DNA from: Candidatus Udaeobacter sp.
GTDB lineage: Bacteria; Verrucomicrobiota; Verrucomicrobiia; Chthoniobacterales; UBA10450
Length of the DNA: 39,515 nucleotides
Assembly (NCBI GenBank): GCA_040414975.1
Contig: JBEDUS010000200.1
Location: forward strand, 1 to 39,515
Direction: 5' to 3'
Position numbers and translations under genes: made by a program. Shown piece by piece: positions 17,875-25,937 of this stretch (position 1 is its first letter; each line of letters starts with the position of its first letter). Under the pieces are notes generated by a model. That model was given only the letters and a program-made list of their open reading frames with translations. It made no database searches and had not been told where the DNA came from.

Positions 17875-19592
17875 CGTTTCCGTTTTCCGGCGGGCGCAAC
17901 TTTTTCGAGGGTTGGCATGGGTTGTCGTTTATTCTGATAGAATTGCAAGATACTGAAAAGGTTTTGTGCGGTGTAATACAATGCCAGAGCTGCAGCAAAA
18001 TTGTAGCAGATAAATAAAAAGATCAGCGGCATGAACATCATGACGCGACGCTGAGTGGGATCGCCCGACTTTGGCGTCATTGCCATGAGCCAAATCTGCG
18101 TCGCAGCCATGCATAGCGGAATGATATTGACCGGCCAGCCGAGCAGCGGCAGATGCGCAACAGTGTCAGGCTGCGAAAGATCTTTTACCCAGAGAAATCT
18201 TGCGTTTCGCAATTCCACCGCTTGCCCCAGCATTTTGAAGAGCCCGAAAAAGATCGGAATTTGAATCATCATGGGCAAACAGCCGCCGACGGGATTGATG
18301 CCATACTGTTTGTAAAGCTTCATCAACTCCTGGTTCATCCGCGTCGGATCATCTTTGTACTTGTCCCTCAGTTCCTGCATTTTTGGGGAAAGCGCAGCCA
18401 TCTGGCGCATGGAGCGATTCGCCCGGTTTTGGATTGGCCAGAGCGTGAGCTTGATAATCGTGGTGAGAGCGAGAATGGCGAGGCCATAGTCATGCAGCCA
18501 GCTGTGAAGCAGGTTCATGAAGTTGAGCAAAAACTGGCAGACGATCTTGAATATCCCGAAGTCCATTACCTCCGCTTCATTATGCGAAAGCCGGGCGAGG
18601 CGATGGTAAAGTTTCGGACCGGCATAGATTTCGAAGCGCGTGGCATACGTTTGCCCGGGTTGCAACTGAAATCCCGGCATGCCAAGCGCTCCCTCGATAG
18701 CCGGCAGTTTTTGCTCCGGCGAATATTCGACATCGAAACGGCGTCCCCAAACGCCGGTGGCTTTGGCGGTGAGCGGTGCCAGCAGAGTGGTGAAAAATTG
18801 ATTGCTCACAGCAACCCATTCCGCGCCGTGAATACTCTCCTCGAAATAGGGTCGCGCCGCGCGTTGGCCCAAACCCAGAAAACCACCACTGCTGGCAAAC
18901 CAGCCAACATCAATTCCTTTTGCCTTTCCATCGATGCTCCAGGCGAGCCGTGTGTAGGAAGGATAATCCTTGGGATGAATAGGCGCCGCCGATCCGAGCG
19001 CCACAAAATAGCCGGCGCTTTGATATGCCTTGGCTCCTCGATTTTCGAGATCGACTTCCATGTCAATCACGTAGTTCTCCTTGTTCTCCGGTGATTTTTC
19101 GAAGGAGAACTTTTTTCGAATGACGATTTGCTCGGCTGTTGTTCGCTCAAATTGCACGACTGAATTTGGTTCGGTCGATGCCGTAAACTCAGGAAGCACT
19201 ACCATTGACGGCTGCTCAATGATTGCGCCAATCGGCGCGCTTTGCCCTGAATTCAGGGTAACGGGCTGCCCTTTCTCGGCTACCTGATTGAGGAGGATCG
19301 CCTCCTTAATACCGCCTCCGCGATTCGTTAGGCGCAGCTCAACATCCGAATTTCGCAATGTTTCTATTTTCTCGGCAAAGGCGGGGGCAGACTCGGCGCT
19401 CTTCGGTGTGGCTTCAGGGATAGCGGGTGACGGAGACGCTTCAGAAACTTTCGGCGTTGCCGTAGGTGACACTTGCCCTGGCACGACATTGATCGGCGCA
19501 GGACGCTGCGGCATCTGTTTCGCTACGTAAATCTGCCACAATACGAGTCCGACTACGCAAAGACCAACGACAATCCATGCAGTTCGATCCAT
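17871..19592 (-). CDS. yidC: Membrane protein insertase YidC
   Basis: 573 aa with an N-terminal TM, a large periplasmic P1 domain, and the C-terminal 60-kDa IMP core (LWPIQ..., KLYKQYGINPVGGCLPMMIQIPIFFGLF). Confidence 0.95.
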   Translation of the reverse strand: MDRTAWIVVGLCVVGLVLWQIYVAKQMPQRPAPINVVPGQVSPTATPKVSEASPSPAIPEATPKSAESAPAFAEKIETLRNSDVELRLTNRGGGIKEAILLNQVAEKGQPVTLNSGQSAPIGAIIEQPSMVVLPEFTASTEPNSVVQFERTTAEQIVIRKKFSFEKSPENKENYVIDMEVDLENRGAKAYQSAGYFVALGSAAPIHPKDYPSYTRLAWSIDGKAKGIDVGWFASSGGFLGLGQRAARPYFEESIHGAEWVAVSNQFFTTLLAPLTAKATGVWGRRFDVEYSPEQKLPAIEGALGMPGFQLQPGQTYATRFEIYAGPKLYHRLARLSHNEAEVMDFGIFKIVCQFLLNFMNLLHSWLHDYGLAILALTTIIKLTLWPIQNRANRSMRQMAALSPKMQELRDKYKDDPTRMNQELMKLYKQYGINPVGGCLPMMIQIPIFFGLFKMLGQAVELRNARFLWVKDLSQPDTVAHLPLLGWPVNIIPLCMAATQIWLMAMTPKSGDPTQRRVMMFMPLIFLFICYNFAAALALYYTAQNLFSILQFYQNKRQPMPTLEKVAPAGKRKR

Positions 19593-19620
19593 AAACGGTA
19601 AGTCGTCTTTGGGCGGCTAC

Positions 19621-19935
19621 TCAGCAGCGCCGCGCCGAACGGTCAAACTGGATTCGAGTTGTTCCATGCCCCACGGCCGCAGGTAAGTCCGACGCTGAAT
19701 TCTTGCCGCTCGGGACCGGATCGTACCCGCATCCGCCCCAGGGTTGACATCGCGCCAGGCGTTTCAATCCCAGCCAGCTTCCGCGTCCGACGCCGTGCGT
19801 CTCCACCGCTTCCAGAAAATATTCCGAGCATGTCGGTGTAAATCGGCAGCCGGAATCAGGTCCGCACAGCAAACGCAGGAGCGGCGACAGGGTGCATTGA
19901 TAAACGCGAATAACAGAACGAACCAGCCAGAGCAT
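19621..19935 (-). CDS. yidD: Membrane protein insertion efficiency factor YidD (with ~35-aa C-terminal extension)
   Basis: YQCTLSPLL...[19 protein letters not shown]...[23 protein letters not shown] is the YidD signature. I prefer ATG 19935, which overlaps the rnpA TGA by 1 nt (TGATG). Confidence 0.85.
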   Translation of the reverse strand: MLWLVRSVIRVYQCTLSPLLRLLCGPDSGCRFTPTCSEYFLEAVETHGVGRGSWLGLKRLARCQPWGGCGYDPVPSGKNSASDLPAAVGHGTTRIQFDRSARRC

Positions 19936-20297
19936 CAAAGCAGGATAGAAGCGCGTCTCGCGAGACGCAACCACTCATCTTCCAAGTCGTGGTAGCTCGT
20001 GCTGGCAGCCTCGCGTCTGGCAATAAGCACGACCCAAAAATCCTGTCGCAAATGGTGCTGGTGCTTGCGCACGATCTCCCGCAAACGGCGCCGGACCCGA
20101 TTACGAACTACCGCGCTTCCGAGGCGACGAGAAGTTATGAAGCCGGCACGGAACGGGCCCGAATTCTCTGCCGGCATCACGCTAAGATTCAATAATCGGC
20201 CGCGTCGCACAGACCCGTCTCGCCTAATGCGTTCGAACTCCGAAGCGCGGGTCAATCGGCGCCGTTTTGGGAACGAGAGCGAATCGGAGAGGACCAT
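19935..20297 (-). CDS. rnpA: RNase P protein component
   Basis: [16 protein letters not shown]...[26 protein letters not shown] is the conserved RNR motif region. Synteny with yidD-yidC-jag supports the call. Confidence 0.85.
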   Translation of the reverse strand: MVLSDSLSFPKRRRLTRASEFERIRRDGSVRRGRLLNLSVMPAENSGPFRAGFITSRRLGSAVVRNRVRRRLREIVRKHQHHLRQDFWVVLIARREAASTSYHDLEDEWLRLARRASILL

Positions 20298-20374
20298 GTT
20301 TGTGTTCGACTGCGGGGCCTAGCTTATAACGTGGTCCGCGTAAAAGTTCATTATAGCGGCACAGGTACAAAGCA

Positions 20375-20410
20375 GAGAAGTCTTCCCCCGTTTCTGGGAG
20401 AAGACTTCTC
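20375..20410 (-). terminator. Probable intrinsic terminator of the small lipoprotein gene
   Basis: An 11-bp perfect stem GAGAAGTCTTC/GAAGACTTCTC, plus 3 more GC pairs past a 1-nt bulge, with a 7-nt loop. It starts 22 nt after the stop at 20433. On the minus strand it is followed by UGCUUUGU, a weak U-tract. Confidence 0.5.
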
Positions 20411-20432
20411 AAAAGAATTTCAAACTCCGGAA

Positions 20433-20660
20433 TTATGAACCTGGTGGCGGTGGCGTCGTTTCGGCAGCGGCAGGAGATTCTGCCGTGGCCGGAGACTCTG
20501 ACACCGCCGCGGGAGATTCGGTCGTCGAAGCCGGGCTGGTTGCTTCAGTTGTTGGCGGACTCGTGGCCGCTGGGCTTGCCGCGGGTTCAGTTGTCTCGGT
20601 CTTTTGCTCGCACGCCGCCAGAAGCGCGGCACTCGCCAGAATACAAATGTATTTTTTCAT
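20433..20660 (-). CDS. Small lipoprotein with Pro/Ala/Ser/Thr/Glu-rich low-complexity body
   Basis: MKKYICILASAALLAAC carries a lipobox (LAAC). The remaining ~58 aa are PAST/E-rich. The start is set at ATG 20660 rather than the track start. Confidence 0.55.
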   Translation of the reverse strand: MKKYICILASAALLAACEQKTETTEPAASPAATSPPTTEATSPASTTESPAAVSESPATAESPAAAETTPPPPGS

Positions 20661-20766
20661 AGTGTTAATTGGAAGAGCCATATTGCTTTAACAGATTAAT
20701 CGGAGCAAGGCAGTTTTTGACCGCATCTGATTCCTTCTTTTTAACAGCAAATGCCTGGTGCACCGA

Positions 20767-21864
20767 TTAAAGCGGAGCCTCGTATTTGAGGCCGTGCGCC
20801 TCCGCCACCGCCTTACAAGTAAGCCGTCCGTCGCGGGTGTTGATGCCACCAATGAGCGCCGGTTGTTTCTTACATGCGCCTTCGAGCCCTAAATCGGCAA
20901 GCAGTTCTACGTAACGAAACGTGACATTGGTAAGGGCCTGAGTGGCGGTACGTGCGTAGGCCGCGGGCATGTTCGCGACGCAATAATGAGTAACGCGTTC
21001 CTCGACGTAAACTGGATCAAGGTGAGTGGTGGGTCGTGACGTTTCCGCGCAACCGCCTTGATCAATGGAAATATCTACCAGCACGCTGCCCGGCTTCATT
21101 TTTCGCAGCATCTGACGCGTGATTATCTTCGGCGCTTTCGCTCCCGGCACGAGCACGGCGCCAATCAGCAGATCGCAATCCGCCATCAAATCCTGCAAGT
21201 TTGCTTCGCTTGAATACAGGGTATTGGTGTTTTCCATCGCGAGATCGAGGTCACGCAGCCGTTCCAGATCAACATCGAGTATCGTTACCTCTGCGCCCAG
21301 ACCGGTTGCCATGCGCGCCGCATTCATACCCGACGTCCCACCGCCCACAACGACGACGCGTCCAGGCAAAACACCCGGGACGCCGCCCAATAGGACTCCG
21401 CTGCCGCCATTGTACTTGGCGAGGAAATTTGCGCCCATCACCGCCGACATGCGTCCTGCGATCTCGCTCATCGGTTCGAGCAGCGGCAGACGATGATTGA
21501 TCTGAATCGTCTCATACGCCACTGCGGTCACGCCCGATTTCAGCAGCGCCTCAGTGAGCGATTTACTCGCAGCCAGATGCAGATAGGTGAACAGGATTTG
21601 ACCCTTGCGTAAGAATGGAAACTCAGCCTCAAGCGGCTCCTTCACTTTCACGACCATGTCACTTCCCGCGAAAACGTCGTTCGCCTGATCGATAATTTCA
21701 GCACCCGCTTTGACGTACTCGTCGTCCGGATAACCCGATCCAATTCCGGCGTTCTTTTGTACTACGACTGAATGACCGCGCCGGGTGAGCTGACTGGCCG
21801 CCGATGGCAACAGGGCGACGCGTTGCTCCTGCTCTTTAATTTCTTTCGGGACACCAATGATCAT
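20767..21864 (-). CDS. ald: Alanine dehydrogenase
   Basis: MIIGVPKEIKEQEQRVALLPS..., KVKEP, ILFTYLHLAA, the VVVVGGGTSGMNAA NAD fold, GAVLVPGAKAPK, VDISIDQGGC and HYCVANMP are colinear with bacterial Ald (365 aa). Confidence 0.9.
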   Translation of the reverse strand: MIIGVPKEIKEQEQRVALLPSAASQLTRRGHSVVVQKNAGIGSGYPDDEYVKAGAEIIDQANDVFAGSDMVVKVKEPLEAEFPFLRKGQILFTYLHLAASKSLTEALLKSGVTAVAYETIQINHRLPLLEPMSEIAGRMSAVMGANFLAKYNGGSGVLLGGVPGVLPGRVVVVGGGTSGMNAARMATGLGAEVTILDVDLERLRDLDLAMENTNTLYSSEANLQDLMADCDLLIGAVLVPGAKAPKIITRQMLRKMKPGSVLVDISIDQGGCAETSRPTTHLDPVYVEERVTHYCVANMPAAYARTATQALTNVTFRYVELLADLGLEGACKKQPALIGGINTRDGRLTCKAVAEAHGLKYEAPL

Positions 21865-21899
21865 GTGAGAAGTGAGAAGTGATTAGTGATTAGTGAGAA
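21865..21899. repeat. Five tandem heptanucleotides (GTGAGAA x2, GTGATTA x2, GTGAGAA) abutting the ald start codon
   Basis: Read directly: gtgagaa gtgagaa gtgatta gtgatta gtgagaa. The last unit can pair with cttctcac at 21920-21927. Confidence 0.9.
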
Positions 21900-21945
21900 G
21901 AAGGAATCAAGCCAAATTACTTCTCACGTCACCTCTCATGCTTCA

Positions 21946-22512
21946 TTAGTTCAGCGACGGATCATCGGGCGCCGCAGCCAGCATCTTGTACCACGGCCCC
22001 AGCCCCCGCATAATGTCGAACCACAGGTTCGGAAGGCGGTCGAGCTTGAGTGCCGAGCGATTGGCTTTTTGAAGAAGCCAGGCTTTCTGCTTCATCTCGC
22101 TCTCCAACTGTCCCGCTCCCCAGCCCGCATAGCCTACGAATGCGCAAACTGTAATTATTTTTTTCTGATCAGCCGTCTCGATCGTTTCCTTTAAACCGAC
22201 ATCATGATTGAGCTTGAGCCCTCCCCTCGGGTGCCATTCAAACGCCGCAAACATCAGTTGATTTTTCCCAACAGGTCCACCGAGAAAAACCGGCACCTCC
22301 GCAAGGCCTGCTGGTGGTTCCCCCGTCACCAGATCCGCTACCTGTCTGTCCAGCGGTCGATTGATGATGACGCCGAGCGCGCCCTCGCCTGGATCATGCT
22401 CGGAAATGAAAAGCACCGTGCGGCGGAAATTCGGGTCCAGCATATTGGGATGAGCGACGAGTAATGAACCAGCAAGGCTCCGCGACGCCGGCCCATCATC
22501 CAAATTTCCCAT
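21946..22512 (-). CDS. yqgE: YqgE/AlgH family protein (UPF0301)
   Basis: GSLLVAHPNMLDPNFRRTVLFISEHDPGEGALGVIINRPL and GGPV...L...H are family signatures. I prefer ATG 22512 over the TTG at 22545. Confidence 0.8.
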   Translation of the reverse strand: MGNLDDGPASRSLAGSLLVAHPNMLDPNFRRTVLFISEHDPGEGALGVIINRPLDRQVADLVTGEPPAGLAEVPVFLGGPVGKNQLMFAAFEWHPRGGLKLNHDVGLKETIETADQKKIITVCAFVGYAGWGAGQLESEMKQKAWLLQKANRSALKLDRLPNLWFDIMRGLGPWYKMLAAAPDDPSLN

Positions 22513-22674
22513 ACGAACTAGAAACTGCTGCACGCCCTTAGGCAAGCACGCTTACCAACAATGTCTCGCGCTGCTTTGAAAAACAGTGCAGTCGCCGTTT
22601 CGTGATTGCTTTTGTTTCTGATTTTACGTCATCCCACACGAGCGAATTTTTCAGATAAAATTTGTTGCGATCTG

Positions 22675-22773
22675 ATGGAAGCTCGTTTAGTAGCCTCCAA
22701 GTTTTTCACGATTGTTCTGGGGGGAACAGCCGCCCTTCACGCCTATCGGGCGTGGGGGGCGGTAATTTTTTAG
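22675..22773 (+). CDS. Candidate 32-aa hydrophobic small protein (very tentative)
   Basis: ATG...TAG frame encoding MEARLVASKFFTIVLGGTAALHAYRAWGAVIF. The stop codon sits in the U-tract of the terminator below. There is no obvious Shine-Dalgarno sequence. Confidence 0.25.
   Translation: MEARLVASKFFTIVLGGTAALHAYRAWGAVIF
22730..22771 (+). terminator. Strong rho-independent terminator, plus-strand specific
   Basis: CCGCCCTTCACGCC / GGCGTGGGGGGCGG forms a 14-bp stem (12 Watson-Crick and 2 G-U pairs) with a 5-nt loop, followed by TAATTTTTT. No T-run follows on the opposite strand. Confidence 0.75.
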
Positions 22774-22823
22774 AATGAAGTCCGACGACGACGGAGAATG
22801 ACCGAATAAAACCCGGTGCTCAC

Positions 22824-22876
22824 TCGTCATTTGTCATTGGTCATTAATTCGGCATTCGTCATTCGTGCTTTGTCAT
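22824..22876. repeat. Two blocks of three heptanucleotides T(C/T/G)GTCAT
   Basis: tcgtcat ttgtcat tggtcat (22824-22844) and tcgtcat tcgtgct ttgtcat (22856-22876). They lie just upstream of, or overlapping, the predicted DUF4230 start. Confidence 0.8.
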
Positions 22877-23557
22877 TCTGTTTCACGATCAGGAGGCATC
22901 TCCTGGCGGATCACATTACTCTTGGTCGCGCTTCTTTTCGCCGCTGTGGCCGTGATCATTTTTTGGCGGATCGAAACCTGGCCAGCCCGTACGGCACGGC
23001 AGAGCACCGCCGAGCTCGAGAAGTTAGGTAAGGATTTACGTGCGGCTTTTATCGATATCGCGCATTTGCAGCCGCGGATCACGATCAACAACCGCGTCTA
23101 TATGGAACAGACGACGCCTGTCAGCGAACTGGTTGTCTTGTCACGAAGGATCGAAGTGGAACACGAATTTCTCCATACCTGGGTGGGCAGTTCGAAGCGT
23201 GTAAAGCTGCATGGCACATTCACTGTCAAAGCCGGTTTGGATCTCGAGAACAACCTCTCGATCGATATTCGCCCGAATGAAATCACCGTCCAGCTGCCGC
23301 ACGCCCGTATCCTTGGTATCGAGCAGGACCAGGTGGACGTCCTCGCGTTTGAAAATGGACTGTGGAACCACATTTCGGGACAGGACATGCAAAGCGAATT
23401 ATCGATTCTGCCTCAGCTTGCACGGGAAAAAGCAGCAGAAAGCGACTTGCTGGCTGAAGCAGAGCGCTCGTTGCAGCAGCAAATCGAGCAACGCGTGCAC
23501 ACGCCGCAACCACTGCATTTGATTTTTAAAGGTGGCGCTACAAGTGAAGCCGAATGA
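22865..23557 (+). CDS. DUF4230 family membrane-anchored protein
   Basis: An N-terminal TM (ITLLLVALLFAAVAVIIFW) is followed by L.GTFTVKAGLDL...I.V.LPHA.ILG.E.D and a C-terminal helical region (AEAERSLQQQIEQ), the DUF4230 layout as I recall it. The start codon is uncertain (GTG 22865). Confidence 0.65.
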   Translation: MLCHSVSRSGGISWRITLLLVALLFAAVAVIIFWRIETWPARTARQSTAELEKLGKDLRAAFIDIAHLQPRITINNRVYMEQTTPVSELVVLSRRIEVEHEFLHTWVGSSKRVKLHGTFTVKAGLDLENNLSIDIRPNEITVQLPHARILGIEQDQVDVLAFENGLWNHISGQDMQSELSILPQLAREKAAESDLLAEAERSLQQQIEQRVHTPQPLHLIFKGGATSEAE

Positions 23558-23592
23558 ATGACGAAGCCCGAATCACGACAAGTGCAGTATAA

Positions 23593-25905
23593 ATGCCTCT
23601 GAAAAATCGATTTCTCTTCGCCAGCGGGTTTCTCCTGCTCGCGGCGTTGCTGGCAGTTTGGTTTACGCCATTCACGGTTGCTCATGGCGTTCGCTGGTGG
23701 ATTTGGTGGAGAGCCCGGCAGGAGGGATTCACTGTAAACATCGACAGGATCGATGCACCGTTTCTGCGTCCGGTTGTGATCCATGAGCTTCGCCTCAGAA
23801 ACGCCCACGATGACGCGCTCCAGGTCGATCTCACGATCACCGATGCGATGTTCGACTTGAATTTCAAACATATCCTCCTGCACAGAGGAGGTCGCGCTCT
23901 CCGCAGTCTGTCGATTCGGGAATTGCATGGCCAACTGCGCCGAAGCAACCCAGCCGTGCGAGCAATAACCCGGCGTGGCTGGGCAACATTGCACCGAATG
24001 CTTCCAGAGAATCTGACCGTCGCCGACTCGGATTTACGGATCGAAAACGGGCCGACGCTTGTTTTGCTGCGAAACGGATTTCTATCCGCGTATCAAACCG
24101 AAGCGGGGCGTTTTACTGCTGCTGAGATCATGATTGCCTCACCCTGGTTCCATCAGACGTTTTCGCAATTGCGAGGAGCAACGCATTGGGAAAGTGATCA
24201 TCTGACAATCGCCGGCGTCACTTTAACACACGGTCTCGACCTGCAGTCCGCTACGGCCGACTTGTCACGCCTGGGGAACCAACGTGTGGGATTACAGTTC
24301 GACCTGGACGCGTTCGGCGGAAAAATCCGCGGAACGATGTCACACGAATGGCGCTCTCAACATTCCAACTGGAAAATTGCCGGCGGAGCTACGGACATCT
24401 CTCTCGAGCAAACATCGGAAGCATTCGGATTCGCCGATCGTGTTAGTGGCTTGCTGCACGCTGGGAACTTCACTTTTCGCGGGAATCTTTCCGACCCAGC
24501 CCGCTTGACCGCATCGCTCTGGACCGAACTCACCGGCCTTACGTGGCGCAATCGCACCGCCGAAGCGATCATGATCGGCGTGGCGCTGTACAATCGGCGG
24601 ATACAACTGCAGCAGCTCTATATAAAACAACAAGCAAACCAGTTCACTTTAAGCGGTGAAGCTGCATTCCCCTCAAGCGCTTCCGGCTGGCTCAGTCCGG
24701 ATTTTCGCGGGAACATATCGGCATCGATCGATCAGCTGGGTGATTTCGCGGCCTTGTTTGGCGCGAACGCTGGTGATTTTGCGGGTAAAATCACGATTGA
24801 CGGAGCGATGGACACCCGCGATCGCAAAGTTGGCGGCCATCTCATGGTCGAGGGCACTTCGCTCACATTTTTCAAGACTGCGATCGACAACCTGAGCGCG
24901 AAGCTAAATTTGAAAGCGACCGAGCTGGAGATCGAACAATTGGCGATGACCCGCAAAAATGATTCTCTCAGTGGGCAGGGTAAAATTGATCTGTCACGCG
25001 GGCACAACTATTCAGGGACGCTCGAAGCCAGATTGACGAACCTGCTCGATTACCTGTCGACTCCGCGTGGAGCTGCAGAAAAAGCAAATCCAATCCCGGC
25101 TGATGTTCAGGCAACCATCGATTCCAGCAAATGGGACGTGCGCGGCGTGATCCACATGCCCAATAATTCAAGCCCGATAAGCTTCACGGCCAATTTCCCT
25201 TTGCGAATCGGGGCAGGCTGGAACGCTTTTCTGGCGTCTCCACTGAATATCACTCTCAACGTTCCATCAATCTTTCTCGCAAACGCACCTCAGCTCTTTC
25301 ACCCGCAAATGTTCTACGACGGCATTCTGAGTGGAAACATTTCGCTTTCCCAAACGTTGCAAAATCCCCACATCGAGGGTGACATCCAGCTCGTGAACGG
25401 AAAGCTGTCCTCCGACGGGGGAGGCCTTATCAATCTCACCGAGGCAAGCGGCCGCATTGTTTTTGGAGGGAATCGTGCGTCGATAGAGTTTCTCAATGTT
25501 GCGACTAGAGACACCGATCTTTCACTTGGTGGGGAAATCGATTTTCAGGACACAAGCAATGTGAAAATCAGCCTCAGTGGAGCAACGCCGATCTTCGATC
25601 TAACGCCGCACCCAATTGATTGCATGAACAAGATCGAATTTGCGTCCGTACCGTTCACTCTCGCGCCGGCTATCGCAGAGTTGCAGTTCGGAGGCAGCCT
25701 CTTTCAACATAACTGGACGATCGGTTTAAAAGAGCGGACGATCGCAGAATCCTCCGACGTTGCAGACCCGGGCGGCGTCACCCGGCAATTTCCTTTCTGT
25801 TCCTCCAGTGCTTCCCTGGAAAGAGCAGCACTATTACTGGGAACACTTCCCCGACCCGAAGCGCACCCCTCCGCAACGCCTCGCCCAAGAAAACGGCGCC
25901 AGTAA
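23593..25905 (+). CDS. Large N-terminally anchored beta-rich envelope protein, AsmA/TamB-like (tentative)
   Basis: 770 aa with one N-terminal TM (FLFASGFLLLAALLAVWF), then long runs of alternating hydrophobic/polar beta-like segments (L.G.I.L...). I recognised no enzymatic motif. The CDS is solid; the family call is a guess. Confidence 0.4.
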   Translation: MPLKNRFLFASGFLLLAALLAVWFTPFTVAHGVRWWIWWRARQEGFTVNIDRIDAPFLRPVVIHELRLRNAHDDALQVDLTITDAMFDLNFKHILLHRGGRALRSLSIRELHGQLRRSNPAVRAITRRGWATLHRMLPENLTVADSDLRIENGPTLVLLRNGFLSAYQTEAGRFTAAEIMIASPWFHQTFSQLRGATHWESDHLTIAGVTLTHGLDLQSATADLSRLGNQRVGLQFDLDAFGGKIRGTMSHEWRSQHSNWKIAGGATDISLEQTSEAFGFADRVSGLLHAGNFTFRGNLSDPARLTASLWTELTGLTWRNRTAEAIMIGVALYNRRIQLQQLYIKQQANQFTLSGEAAFPSSASGWLSPDFRGNISASIDQLGDFAALFGANAGDFAGKITIDGAMDTRDRKVGGHLMVEGTSLTFFKTAIDNLSAKLNLKATELEIEQLAMTRKNDSLSGQGKIDLSRGHNYSGTLEARLTNLLDYLSTPRGAAEKANPIPADVQATIDSSKWDVRGVIHMPNNSSPISFTANFPLRIGAGWNAFLASPLNITLNVPSIFLANAPQLFHPQMFYDGILSGNISLSQTLQNPHIEGDIQLVNGKLSSDGGGLINLTEASGRIVFGGNRASIEFLNVATRDTDLSLGGEIDFQDTSNVKISLSGATPIFDLTPHPIDCMNKIEFASVPFTLAPAIAELQFGGSLFQHNWTIGLKERTIAESSDVADPGGVTRQFPFCSSSASLERAALLLGTLPRPEAHPSATPRPRKRRQ

Positions 25906-25937
25906 GACCGACTTGAAGGGAAGGCGCAAAAACGCAG

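Noticed and set aside
20298-20432. Search for rpmH (ribosomal protein L34) upstream of rnpA
   Set aside because: None of the three minus-strand frames gives a basic KRT(F/Y)QPS...-type peptide. The only ORF (track 20224-20412) runs through the terminator hairpin and is not protein-like.
21865-22876. Heptamer arrays read as a CRISPR or other spacer-repeat array
   Set aside because: The units are 7 nt and directly tandem, with no unique spacers, and there are no cas genes in the window.
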